A stretch of DNA of 64,000 bases, taken from IMG/VR virus record IMGVR_UViG_3300025687_000001, positions 96,862 to 160,861 of that record. The stretch is one strand, 5' to 3'. Position numbers and translations under genes: made by a program. The DNA comes from a virus. A model generated the notes under the pieces. That model made no database searches. It had not been told where the DNA came from and saw only the letters and a program-made list of their open reading frames with translations. Shown piece by piece: positions 30,512-41,792 of this stretch (position 1 is the stretch's first letter; each line of letters begins with the position of its first letter).

Positions 30512-33500
30512 GTACCAAACCGGGCCTATGGGCAGGCGGCATTCACGCAGCGCAAGTCAAGTTTGACGCCTGCTGCGAGGTGCTGTGGATGTTGGGGTGG
30601 CAAGACATTCACGGTCCTCAGATTATTCTTCACACAGGGTACGATCGAATGAAGCGCGTGTTTCGGCTCTCTACAAACCCCGCGATTTTGCTCCCCCACC
30701 GAGCTCGAGTGTTTTTTTGGGCACGGCGCCGCAGACTACAGCCGAGGGGCCTATGTCCGCGTGGAGGTGGTAGTGACCACACCGCCAGAACCGGGCCAAC
30801 ACCCCTACCTGCTCTACGACGGTGACGGGTGTCCCCGACCTCCTAGCTTTGTTGTCGTACAATGGGACAACCTACAAGCCCTAGGAGAAGCACTCTATGA
30901 ATACACTGCTGCAGCGATTAGCGGACGCATTTGAGCTGATGGGGTGGGAGGAGACTCCTCCTCCGTCTCGTAGGTACAACCAAGACGCGCCTCTCGACAA
31001 TCCAGGGAGGTTTAAGTTTCCGGAGTCCCTGACAACCAAGAAGACCCCCAACACGCCGGTAGCGGTGCGAAGGTTTTCGCCGCCGCCAGAGTCCCCTGCC
31101 TACCCGCTAACAGCGCTAGCAACGCAAGTAGCGTCAGGCAAGATTCGCGTGTCCGTCCGAGCACTAAGGCTCTCCCCCGAAGTCTGGGAAGACTTTGTGT
31201 TTGACGAGCTGGACGACATGTCTCCGAAGCTGCACGAGGCTGTGCAGAAATTGGCTGCCCTGCTCCCCCCTAAAGAAGCCGCCACCGAGAACCACATCGT
31301 CTCTATGACGCTTGGTGGCGGCTGTACCGTGTCTAGCTTCACGGGATCGGGGTCCGTGACCGCACTTGCAACCCATATGACCTCGGAGGACTCCTACACG
31401 GTAACGATGAACGTCGAGTGCCCGAGGTGTGGATTGCAACATGTAGCTAGCCCCAAATAAGCTCCACTAGCTCTAGACGCACGTATGCACGAGCCTGTTA
31501 CAGGCTCACTGTGGCCTTCTGACAAACCACGAGGGCTCTGACCATAAGAAACTCACCTCCGGCCCTGGCCGGCGGTTGCGTAGTTTCACCACTTACCGAC
31601 GGCAGCAGAAGCCGGAGGGAAGTCGTAGAGCTAGACACAGACACATTAGCCGGTGTCGACAGGCACCACGAGCTTGTAACGAGCTCACTGCGGGGGTACG
31701 GAGGTTGGTTTACATCATATCCCGACCACAACCTAGTCATTTCGCAAAAGTGACTCGCTCCGCCCCGCTCCTCTCGTCACTCTGTCCGCTGCGCGGCCAG
31801 AGCGACCGATTATACCCATGCCGGGTCTAATAGGTCTGTTTTGCGAAATAGATCGTAATGTGTCTCAAAACGCCTAAGTTTTTAGGCCGTCAGCAACAGC
31901 AGCACTGCTACCACCAACACGACGGCCACAACCTGGTATAAGTCAATGCGAGTTATGTACAGAGATCCTTCCAAAGCACTCAGCCACGCAGGCCTGGGAC
32001 GAGGCTGGCGCATTGTGGGGAACACCCCGCTTCAAATGCGCAAGTACGTCACCGACCACGCATACGTGGAAATGAGCGCACACGACAAAGTCAGTGTCTT
32101 CGAGTTGAGGACATCTCCCCCCACGTCTTCCAACGCAAGGCGGTTTACGACCAAACACGTCTGGGCGGAGACTCACAGGACCCTAAGCAATTTCTCCGAA
32201 CAGGAGCTAGCCGAGTTCCTGCCCCGTCTGGAGGCTAGAGCAAGAGACCTTGCCAGATCACCGACCGCCGCCCCACCAGATCCCGAAGCGCCTCGTTCTT
32301 AGATTTACGGAGCTAACGAAGACGCTGACTGAGCTATCAGGGTGGAATTTCCCCCCGGCGCTGTCCTGGCCCAACGTGTCAATGAGCTACACCACGCTCT
32401 ACGACTCGCCCCTGCGATACGGTCAGCTCTTCCATCGACAGCCTGATGGCGACTTAACTGGAGGAGCGGATCTCTGGTACGTCCCAGAGGACGCCACCAC
32501 TCGGCTGGCAGTTTTTCGTTGCGACCTCACCCCTGGCGGGCAGCGCAGGTATTTCACAAAGCACCTCCGCCCAGCGCTAACAAACAGACTCTGTTACGTG
32601 CAAACCTGGCCTTTTCTAACGGAGGGCATGCTCGACCCGGACACCCCACCTACGCCCAGCATCGAGTACCTGGCGGAGTGCCACGCACATCTGGTAGAAG
32701 CGCGCCACGTAGCGTTGGAGTTGCTAGAGGGGTTGTGCAACCAGAAGAGCTAGTCGAGCATTTTCGACAAGCAATCCTTTTGGCGCCTAGCGCAGGCTGG
32801 CACTGTCCGCAGGCTCTGAGCGCCGCAAAGATCCGGTATGATGGGCCTACTTCGAGGCGGATTACGGGAGAGCGGCTGGCGGTGAAGCTGTTGTACCGAG
32901 CTGGTAGCCCAACAGGACGACTGTACCGTGCTGGTCTGCACCCGGCCTCCGCGCCAACCAAGATCCCCGGAGAAGCGTGCATCGCACTGCTAGTAGTAAA
33001 GCGCCCCCAGATGCGCAGGCTGACTATTTATAGCGCTCAGGAGTCCTACGGGATGCACCTGACCCTGAACAAGGCCCGTCGTCGAGAGCTCCGCGACCCA
33101 CCCGACTCAGCGCTAGCAGCGTATGAAATCCTACTGAGGCTAGACATGCTCGCTGAAGGCGCGTGGGCCCGGTACACTCCTTACACGGACCAGTTGGTGT
33201 GGCGCGGCTAGACACAGAGCGCAAGCAGCTCGCTCCGCTCAACAAAACAACGCAGGACTTGTTCAAGCAGGCATTGGTGTCTGGGTACTTGCCGAGCTGG
33301 TGTGCCTGGGACCACTTACCTTCGCGGCTTTCTTACCTTCGCGTATCCCCCCAGAAGTCTGGCGCTTTTATCGCTGCCCGCCTAGGGTGGGTTCCGACGC
33401 CGCCTTCCCGATTCCTCGGCAGTGGCATACTAAAGGTGGAGACCTTGCGTCCCCTGGTGGTTGTGGCTAGCCGAGCTAAGTCTAGGCGGCTGACGCTGTA

Positions 33501-36500
33501 CACCTTGAGTTTTGACCCCCTCACGCTCATACCCACCGCACTAAAGCAGCGAGCAGCGTATCAGCGTCTGGCAACGCGCCCAACAACAGCGTACGCAGCG
33601 CACGCAACGCTAGTAGAGTTGGAGAGTATAGTTCAGGAGATGTGGCCCGGCCTCGAGCCTTACCAAGCGGCTGATGACAGCTATGACATCTGACGACAAG
33701 CTCAGCGCAGAACCTAAACCCCGAAAGCGCGTAGAAACCGGGCCGCCAGCAGCGAACACCTATCTGCTCATGCAGCGGGTGATAGTTACCGCGGCATTCC
33801 CGCATTGGCGAGTTCCTGGCAGCGGATGGAGCTACGCGCTAGCGGGTACTCCCGTGGCTAAGCGCATGCGGCCCAACTCCCCTTCTCTTACAACACCTGA
33901 CACTCTACCGTGGGTGCCCGGCTTAATCGTGTGCCACCGGAGTAAACAGCGGACGCTTACAACGTACGCTCTACACTTTGTGACCCCCGGGGAGTGGGGG
34001 GCTGTGCCACAGTCTACGCTACGAATCCTAGCTCCTACTACGCCAGCGGAAGCGCTAGCAGCGCTAGCAGCGCTAGAGGAGTTTGCCCAAAAGCTATGGA
34101 CTTGAAGTCCGCAGAGGAAACCGCCCTGCGAGTGCAGCTAGTAGCCGAGCTACAAGGCTTGCAGTGTTACGATCTGCGCGAGGCGAACCTCAGACTTCTC
34201 ACCCACAACGAAGGCGTGTTGTACCTGGTGCTGCTAGCTAAACGCACCCGGGAACCTATGACTCGCTTACAATTAGAGTTGTACAGCGCAATGCCAATAG
34301 CAGAGCTAGCGTTGCGCGGGGACGGCAAGATTTGCCTGCTAGCAGGGCACGGCGCGCACCCCGACACGATAGCTACCTGTAGAACGCCAACAACGCCAGC
34401 AGCGCTAGCAGCGCTAATAGCGCAGTGGCGTGTACGCGCGTGGGAGTACATATGACGCCCATAGAGACCACCGAGCGCTTAGTCCGGCAACTACTAGACC
34501 TGGGCCCCATGGCAGGGTGGTCAGTGGTCACGTGGTTGCAAGACAAGTTGCACGCCAAGGAGCTGTTCCCCGGGGGGCTATACAGTGACCGCCAGGGAGT
34601 GTTGTACGCCTACGAAAACAACTGTCTCTGATTTGTGGGCTTTCGTCACGGAGAGTCGGAAGTTTGCTTGTACGTGCCAGAGATCACAGGCGGAGTCTTT
34701 CTACGCGAGACAGCAATTTTGCCCTCGCACAGAAACGTAGCCTACCCGCTAGGAAGTCTGGAGCTGGGGACTTTGCTGCTCAACTGGCGGCTGTCCCTAG
34801 CGGACGTTATGTTCCAGGCACGCAAACGGGAGCTAGAGTTAGCTGCGCCCAACTTCCAAATAGAAATAGGCGAAAGCAAGTTGAACTCTCCCCTTCACGA
34901 GACTAAGGTCTAGTCACAACCTAGAAGGACCCTGAGATGCCCCGTCGTAAGACTTCTACCCCCTCTCCTACGTCCAGCAGCGCTACCACCTCCAAGCCGA
35001 AGTCGGCGGAGCCTGTCATGGAGCAGCTTGAGCTAGAGCTAGCGCTGTCGGAGCCGGCGGTCCCCACTCAGCTCGAGCAGCTCGAGGCGGACATCATGCC
35101 CGTGATAGCTGCAGGTCCCGAGTACAAGAACTTCGTGGTCTTCGGTACCAAGTCCGGAGACCGCGCGGAGTCGTACTACTACTACCGCGCGCAAGACCAG
35201 CGAGAGCTGGAGAGCGTACTTCTTTCCACGCCGCTGTCCGATGGCGGCTTCGTCAACTTCACCTACAACGAGGTGGACGTTTTCCCGGAGGATGTTTTCG
35301 TTAAGTGTCCGCACTGCAACGAGACTCACCTGAACGAGTCGATGGTAACAACGATCTCCCCCCAGAGCTAAAGCCCTCGGCGCTCTACAAGCACGTAGAG
35401 ATTGCCAGCCTGGGCTTTCAGCTGATGGGGTGGGAGCTTAGGTACCCTCATCCCATACCTTCGCTACGAGACAGCGTTAGGTACCCAGAGCATCAGCTGG
35501 CTCGGGTCCCTACACGACGGCCAAAAGCCTGGCACCCCAACCGGATGGACAGAGTAGTGCTGAGGTTGTCGGGATCGGTGTATATTCCCGCCTGCATCGT
35601 GATACCAGGCTACTACGGGCGCACTTCTTGGATCCAAGAGTTCGGGCCGCAGTTGCCCAACCCGACACCAGAAGCCTCCGTACCAACTCCAGCAGAATTG
35701 GTGTTGAGCGTTGTCAGACGACTGGACAACCTCGGTACTTGAGGCGGCGAAGCGGCGGTGGCGTCAAAGGATGCTGAGACGTAAGCAGCCCCCGCCTTCG
35801 CCGCCTTCAGAGCAGCCCCCGCCGCCCACCGATTTCACTGTAGGCGCTACGCTATCGCCCAAATACCCGAAGGTGCATAGCTCCTCCAACCCCGCAGTGC
35901 GCGTTTCCCCCGAGGACATTTACAAAGCCCTGTGTTTACTGGGCTGGAGCTGTCAGCTACTAGAGTCAAAGCTTACCAATGTCGGGACGCCAGGTCAGAA
36001 GGTAGTCACTGGGCTGATCGGGGAAGGCAACCGGAACAACACGTGGGCGTGGGTCTCCATGCGGCTGTGGGACCAGGACACAAACCTGTACCTGTGTGAG
36101 TACACGCCGGACAACTATGGCAGGGACCCTGCGGCCTCCGACTACAAGTCCGGACCAACTCAAATCCTCTTCGCGGACATGGACGCGGTGCTGAACTGGG
36201 TAGCTGCGCGCAGGCACTATCACTTAGCGTGCCTGTACGGGGATAGGGGTGAACATCCATAGTCTAGTGCAGGTTGCGCAGGCCTTAGGGTGGGGAGTTA
36301 TCTACCCGGCAGTCTATGGGACCCTGCCGGCTAACAAGTTGGCTCACGTATCTCGTGTAACGCTAGTGCTGCCCCTGGTAGTACCAGACGACGTTGATGA
36401 ACCGTACCTAGTTCTCGCTGCTTCGGGGCGCCTGGAAGCCTCACTGTACAAGAGGATTAGCTCCACCGACAGAGAGACTATACGACTTGTGCCTCGTACA

Positions 36501-37409
36501 ACCGCTGAGTTCGGGGAGTGGTTGCTGGCACACACGCGGGGCGCAATGCAATGAGCCCACAGTTTGCTCAGTTCACAGAACTGTACCATACTCGACAGCG
36601 TCTGATTAGGGCGTTGACCACCGCGTTCCCTGTCATTGCGGTGAGCCCGCAAACAACGCAGGTAGACTTAACTATCTACAGCTGGACCATCCCGTTTGTG
36701 CGTATCAAAGGATTGCCTGAGGAGTTTTTGTACTGCAACATAGACGCGGTAAGCTTGCGGGTTACCTACACTAGTAATAGCCTACCTCGTAGCGCCCGGT
36801 ACCCCCAGGGCGTGCTGGAGCGTCGAGCATTCACGACCCTCCGGGACAAGTCCCCAATCAAGATGATAGACTGGGTCCTCCAGCAAAGGAACGCGTTGCA
36901 TGAGCACCTGGAAGCTGCACGACGGGATTAGGCACGTTCTTCATGTGCCTACTGGTCTCAGTGTAGGGCGCAACCTAACAACGCAAGCAGCGCTAGCACT
37001 ACTTGCATACCTACAAGAGCACCTACCTGACCCAGACCTAAACGACCCCGAATTGCGAGCACAGCTAGAAGCTGCCGTGTGCCACGCCAGGTCCTATCTA
37101 CCGGTAAAAGACCTGGAACACGTCGTAGTTCGGGTGTCGTATGAGTTTTCCGTTTACGCGGACAGTACGACGCAGGCTATACGGGCCACCAAGGCGTCTC
37201 TTTCTGCGCATCCGCAACTGGGCCCGGCTCGAGTACAGGCATATCAGGTATCCCACCCAACGCGCACTAAAGCGCTGGTGCCTATAAAGCTGCCTCCCAC
37301 CCCCACACAGGTAATCTCACCGGAGAAACTTCAGATTGTCACTCTGGACGAGGTGGCGTTTGTTCCGCGAGTTGCGGCGAACTCACCGACACCTTCTAGT
37401 AAGAACTAA
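30508..37409 (+). CDS. Right arm of the diverged paralog-like array plus hypothetical genes
   Basis: WMLGW, ELMGW, ELSGW, PSAGW, PMAGW, QLMGW, CLLGW, QALGW starts; TTPAEAL, TTPAAL, PTPAELV, TTAEFGEW ends; subfamily RRLT(I/L)Y at 32735, 33163, 33674. Confidence 0.6.
34452..34913 (+). pseudogene. Array member split by in-frame TGA (34629-34631)
   Basis: ORFs 34425-34631 and 34635-34913 are in the same frame: ENNCL*FVGFRHG. Confidence 0.5.
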
Positions 37410-37514
37410 CTCCCTGCTAGTAACTCCTGACCTGGTTACGCTCTCCCGTGAGCGTAGACTTTTGGTCCTGGCTCTACTAGAGCACACAAATTCGCCAAAA
37501 TTTGGCAAAAGGTT

Positions 37515-38159
37515 GTGATGACGTACCTCATACTAATCGCACTATCATATTTTAGTGCAGGAACAGCTACGCGCGTACACGATGCGATGTTGTGCGCGTT
37601 CAGCATCAAACACCCAACCACATACCTGGGTAATCCGGAGATGACTCGAGACGCCTTCTTCGTATGCATGGAGATGGTAGCGGAGTCTCGCAGACAGCGG
37701 GTACCCCCGTTTTGGACGCTATCAGTAGCGTACACCGAGACGCGGTGGCGCCACGGACTTGTGGGCTCTCTAGGAGAGATCGGCCCGCTACAGATCATGC
37801 CAAAGTACTACTGCCCCGCAGACCCCACTACTCCGTACCCTAAGGGATCCGCTAAGATGTGCGGGGATCGCACTGTGTACTACGGCGTAAAGGCTCTCAA
37901 AAACCACCTGCTAAAGTACGGAAACGAAGACCTGGCTACGTGCCACTACAAGCAAGGGAATACCTGTGGCCCGGAAGGCAGAGAAGCAGCGGCAAGAGTT
38001 AGGAGAAAGACTATGGCGCTTAGGGGGGCCTGGCACCGAACCAAAGCGCGACGCAACAAGCTGCAGCCTCTGTGGTCGCCCATTGCCGCAACCAGTAAAC
38101 GTGGACGCCTACGCAAGAACCGTATGGTTCGGCCCCCCGCGGGGCGGCGGAGCATGTAG
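37515..38159 (+). CDS. SLT-like lytic transglycosylase with N-terminal signal/anchor
   Basis: SVAYTETRW (catalytic E), GEIGPLQIMP, YGVKALK, LATCHYKQG. Confidence 0.75.
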   Translation: MMTYLILIALSYFSAGTATRVHDAMLCAFSIKHPTTYLGNPEMTRDAFFVCMEMVAESRRQRVPPFWTLSVAYTETRWRHGLVGSLGEIGPLQIMPKYYCPADPTTPYPKGSAKMCGDRTVYYGVKALKNHLLKYGNEDLATCHYKQGNTCGPEGREAAARVRRKTMALRGAWHRTKARRNKLQPLWSPIAATSKRGRLRKNRMVRPPAGRRSM

Positions 38160-38162
38160 ACA

Positions 38163-38654
38163 TTGCGTCGAAGAGTGCCGCGCTCTGCGCAGGTAGGAGC
38201 TGTCCTGACGGTAGGCCGGCTCGTGGAGCACCTGACTCACCACAGAGGACTTGGGTTTTGGGACTATGCCAAGGCTTGGGCCATTTTCAACGGCCTGGTC
38301 ATTGTGGACCCTGAAGACTCCGGGATGACAGGCATGGTCATCAACGCCCGCAGCGAAGGCAATCCCTGGTTGGTCTACCGCAGCAGCACGGACAAAGACT
38401 CGGCCGAGATTTTTCAGGTGCCGTACCAGCGAGTAGTGGAGTGGGTGCTCAGCAAGTCCTCAAAGCACAACTACTGGCAGTTGATGGGGATGGCTGGCGC
38501 TCATAAGCAAGAAGACTGCTATGCGTTGATTCCCATGATGGAGTGCGACACGTCAAGTCGGTACCGTCACTACGCGCTCAACTCGCTCGTTGATCCCTAC
38601 TCAACCAATACGCTAACGGCCGAGAAGCTCTTTCGGCACATCGCCGAGAACTGA
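38163..38654 (+). CDS. Hypothetical protein
   Basis: 163-aa ORF in operon orientation. Confidence 0.55.
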   Translation: MRRRVPRSAQVGAVLTVGRLVEHLTHHRGLGFWDYAKAWAIFNGLVIVDPEDSGMTGMVINARSEGNPWLVYRSSTDKDSAEIFQVPYQRVVEWVLSKSSKHNYWQLMGMAGAHKQEDCYALIPMMECDTSSRYRHYALNSLVDPYSTNTLTAEKLFRHIAEN

Positions 38655-39028
38655 GCCTCTTACAGCTCCGGTTCGACCGTACGGTCGAGGCAGCGCAACG
38701 CTGCTGCTGGTCAGTAAGTGTACCCAGAAAGAAATATTGAGAGGGTACAGCCTCGCAATTTTCCCTCTGTGTTCAGGGAAAACTGCAAGGTCGCGGAGCT
38801 AAGTTTCTTATCGGGCTGATCCCCCGATGTCTTGGTTTGCTTTTTACAGCAACGAGCTCGCAACGAGCTCATCGCAGTGCTGGGGCGCTGCGCGCCCTTG
38901 ATCTAAGCTGATCATAACCACTTTGCTGCGTTGAAACCGTAATGATTTCAAGGAGTTACACGGGCTGCCTATCGGCATTAGGTGCCAAAGGGGATCGTAA
39001 TTAGCCGCAGCAAATCGCAAGACAAAAA

Positions 39029-40009
39029 ATGCTCTACATAGACTTGCCCAACGGGCAAAGAACCCATTGGCCTCCAGTCAGGGACAAAAACGCTAATTAC
39101 GGTTGGTCGCAAACGCGCGCGCTTGAGGAAAGCTTTGCCTTCTTCCAGCGCCGCAAACACCTACACCGGACGGGTCCGGGGGAGATTACCGGCACCAACC
39201 GGCACCACCTGGTCCACGAACTGAGCTCGAAAACCACCAGCTACGTGTTCCGTCGCAAGACAGGCGGGGTGTACAAGAACAACAGGGGGCGTGCGGTGTG
39301 TTACCTGGCCTTCCGAGTGGACCTGAGTGGTTTCGCGACCCGCGCACAGGACGAAGAAACTATCTACCTCCGGTTGGACCGGGGCTGTATTTTCTCGCGG
39401 CTCTCCAGGGCTATGGAGTCGACCGTTCGGTCGACCGCCAGCCATAGAGCAAGAGAGCGCAAGCTGGCGGAGGCGGTGACTCAGCTTGAGGAGCGAACTG
39501 GGTGTGCTCTGTGGGCTACCCACAGAGCTGATTCGGAGAAAAAAACAGTCTGGTCCTGCAAAGACACCGCCTCTCGCTTGGAGGTGACTTCGGTGTACGA
39601 AAGGGACCTCGCCACTGACTACCCGGCGATACATAGGTTGCCAGAAGAGCTAGCTCAACAGCTACAGCGTTGCGCCCAGTTAAACGCTCGCGGCTGGCGG
39701 ATTCAACGACAGTTGAACGCAGCGCGCTACCTGTGGGTAAACCACATGGTGTATCCGCAGCTCCCAAGTTTGCGGGGCCTGGAGTACCAAGAGGTACCGA
39801 CGTACGCGGTGATCACCTATCCAGGAAAACAAGTCCAGGTACTCCTTGCTGACATGTTCCGCCACAGCGCCAGCACAGTTGAGTTTGAATGGTTGTCGCA
39901 ACCCACCAGCACACAAAGAGGCGTGGGCGGCGGGGATCCGGTTCTTGGTCCCGCGTGGTTTTTTGAGTATGATGCGGACTCCATGCAGTTACGCAGAGTA
40001 AATGAGTAA
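39029..40009 (+). CDS. Hypothetical protein
   Basis: 326-aa ORF; no motif recognised. Confidence 0.65.
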   Translation: MLYIDLPNGQRTHWPPVRDKNANYGWSQTRALEESFAFFQRRKHLHRTGPGEITGTNRHHLVHELSSKTTSYVFRRKTGGVYKNNRGRAVCYLAFRVDLSGFATRAQDEETIYLRLDRGCIFSRLSRAMESTVRSTASHRARERKLAEAVTQLEERTGCALWATHRADSEKKTVWSCKDTASRLEVTSVYERDLATDYPAIHRLPEELAQQLQRCAQLNARGWRIQRQLNAARYLWVNHMVYPQLPSLRGLEYQEVPTYAVITYPGKQVQVLLADMFRHSASTVEFEWLSQPTSTQRGVGGGDPVLGPAWFFEYDADSMQLRRVNE

Positions 40010-40213
40010 GTGATGTCTGACGATACGCCGCACTACGAAAGCCAAGACCGATTTCGCTACAAAGTACTTGTGGGCGAGTGGCGAGACCCCGGAGCGCTAG
40101 TGAAGCGCCTCAACCACTTAGGTGCTAGGGGCTGGGAAGTAGTGCAGCTATCGGAGACTGATGGCGCGGTAACACGCGTGTACCTCAAGATGCTGGTGGA
40201 CGGTGAGCCCTAA
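40010..40213 (+). CDS. DUF4177-like protein
   Basis: YKVL...LNHLGARGWEVVQL...YLK. Confidence 0.65.
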   Translation: MMSDDTPHYESQDRFRYKVLVGEWRDPGALVKRLNHLGARGWEVVQLSETDGAVTRVYLKMLVDGEP

Positions 40214-40526
40214 GCGGCGCAGGGCCCTAGACAAAGTTCTAGCTGAGATCGACCAGTGCCCCGACATCCGCGCGAGCAAGTCCTCCCGGAGAGTGTCCGC
40301 AGGAGGTAAGCTACACGAGATTTTTCTCAGCTGGGACGACGATGAGCCGTGTCCTGCTGCGGTGTTGGTGACTCGAGAGAACCCGACTGGCGGCAGAGAG
40401 CTACTGCGGCCCTGCATGGGTGCTCCCGATGACTGGCACAAAACGTGGGCACGGTACTTAGTAGCGGTGTTTCGAGAGGCAGGGCGGGACACTACCGCGC
40501 CCCACTACCTGAATGTGCTATCATAG
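40203..40526 (+). CDS. Hypothetical protein
   Basis: Coupled ORF. Confidence 0.5.
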   Translation: MSPKRRRALDKVLAEIDQCPDIRASKSSRRVSAGGKLHEIFLSWDDDEPCPAAVLVTRENPTGGRELLRPCMGAPDDWHKTWARYLVAVFREAGRDTTAPHYLNVLS

Positions 40527-40729
40527 CCGGATGCAAAATCCTAGTTGTGATGTCTGTGCTGCCCTCGACAGAACCCATGTCCCCGTAGTCTTTGGGTACA
40601 AAGAGGGCTACGAGTACCCTCTGAAAACCATAGAGTTTAGGGACGCGCGTGTCTGCAGCACTGGATGCGCCGTTTCTTTAGCCTCGGATTTCCTACATCC
40701 GTCGTACACCTGGAGGGTAGAGATACACA

Positions 40730-41413
40730 GTGTTAGTGAACTTCAACAAAGCGCTGGACGCTCTGACACACCGCATGGAGACGCAGGGAGTAAAAACAGT
40801 GTGGAAGGAGACCAGCAAGCTTAACCAGCTTTTCGCCTGGTTCCTGAAACCGGTTAACCCTGACTACATGGCTCGCATGGTTACGACTATCGGGTCCACT
40901 ATTTACTGGCCTAAGCAACGCTGGGAAGAGGCTTACGCGTGGCAACGCTTTGCTACGCAAGCACACGAGATGCAGCACGTGCTAGACCACCGAAAGTACT
41001 GGTACGTGTATGTGTGGAGCTACCTGCTGCCCCAAGTAGCAGCGCTGTCGATATTTTTAGCCTTCGGCGCATTCTGGAATCCCCTCTGGTGGTTCAGCCT
41101 GTTTGGCCTGGTGTTTCTAATCCCTGGGATACCTAGCCCCAGGGCCTTTTGGGAACTACGCGCGTACAAGGTCAGCCACGCCATTTACAGCCTGAAAAAG
41201 GGCTACAACGACGGCGATTACGCTGACTACCTGGCGGAAGTATTCGCAGGGCCCAAGTACATGTGGATGTACCGGGACCGAGACCACATCGTGCAGAGTC
41301 TCACAGCTAGTACTGCTGCGGTGCTTCGAGGCGAGCCGGACCCGTCTATGCCGTGGCTTCGAGAGGTCATCGCAATCATAGAGGAGAATAGGTTAAAAGA
41401 GAGGGATGAATAG
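40730..41413 (+). CDS. Membrane-associated zinc metallopeptidase-like protein
   Basis: TTIGSTIY, AHEMQH (HExxH), TM hairpin, ELRAY third ligand. Confidence 0.7.
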   Translation: MLVNFNKALDALTHRMETQGVKTVWKETSKLNQLFAWFLKPVNPDYMARMVTTIGSTIYWPKQRWEEAYAWQRFATQAHEMQHVLDHRKYWYVYVWSYLLPQVAALSIFLAFGAFWNPLWWFSLFGLVFLIPGIPSPRAFWELRAYKVSHAIYSLKKGYNDGDYADYLAEVFAGPKYMWMYRDRDHIVQSLTASTAAVLRGEPDPSMPWLREVIAIIEENRLKERDE

Positions 41414-41792
41414 TATGCGTTCTTCCTCGACAACCTACTTGGACTGCAACACGGTCCGTCTGACTGAGCTCAGCACTTCGGTCCAGCCGGAGCCCAAGAC
41501 CAGCGACAACTCCCGCAACGTAGCGTTTCAAGCTATGCAAGAGCTGAGGCAGTTGCACACGGCTGATTCGGTGGTCTCCATGCTAGACCAGCGCCGCGAG
41601 TTTGGGCGTCGGAAGTACGGGACTCCTCTGCTCAGCCACAATGGGCGCGACGCTAACTGCGATGCAGCGCAAGAGATGCTAGACGCGCTGGTCTACGTAA
41701 CCCAGGCTAAGATGGAAGGCCGGGACACTCGAGAGTTACTTCCCTTGGCCCAGACCCTGCTCAGGGTGGTCATCAGTGGGTGCGAAGAGTAA
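41406..41792 (+). CDS. MazG-like all-alpha NTP pyrophosphatase
   Basis: RREFGRRKYGTPL..NGRD...DAAQEMLDALVY. Confidence 0.65.
   Translation: MNSMRSSSTTYLDCNTVRLTELSTSVQPEPKTSDNSRNVAFQAMQELRQLHTADSVVSMLDQRREFGRRKYGTPLLSHNGRDANCDAAQEMLDALVYVTQAKMEGRDTRELLPLAQTLLRVVISGCEE

Noticed and set aside
31461-31945. Second structured ncRNA (gagcctgt/acaggctc, atttcgcaaaa/ttttgcgaaat)
   Set aside because: No matching promoter-terminator pair; equally consistent with a decayed gene.
22379-34631. Genome-wide TGA (or TAG) recoding suggested by in-frame stops
   Set aside because: Many genes end in TGA/TAG with ATGA/GTGA coupling, and long conserved genes have no internal stops.
38660-38720. GGTTCGA suggesting a tRNA T-loop
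   Set aside because: No cloverleaf or acceptor stem; it is part of a local palindrome.
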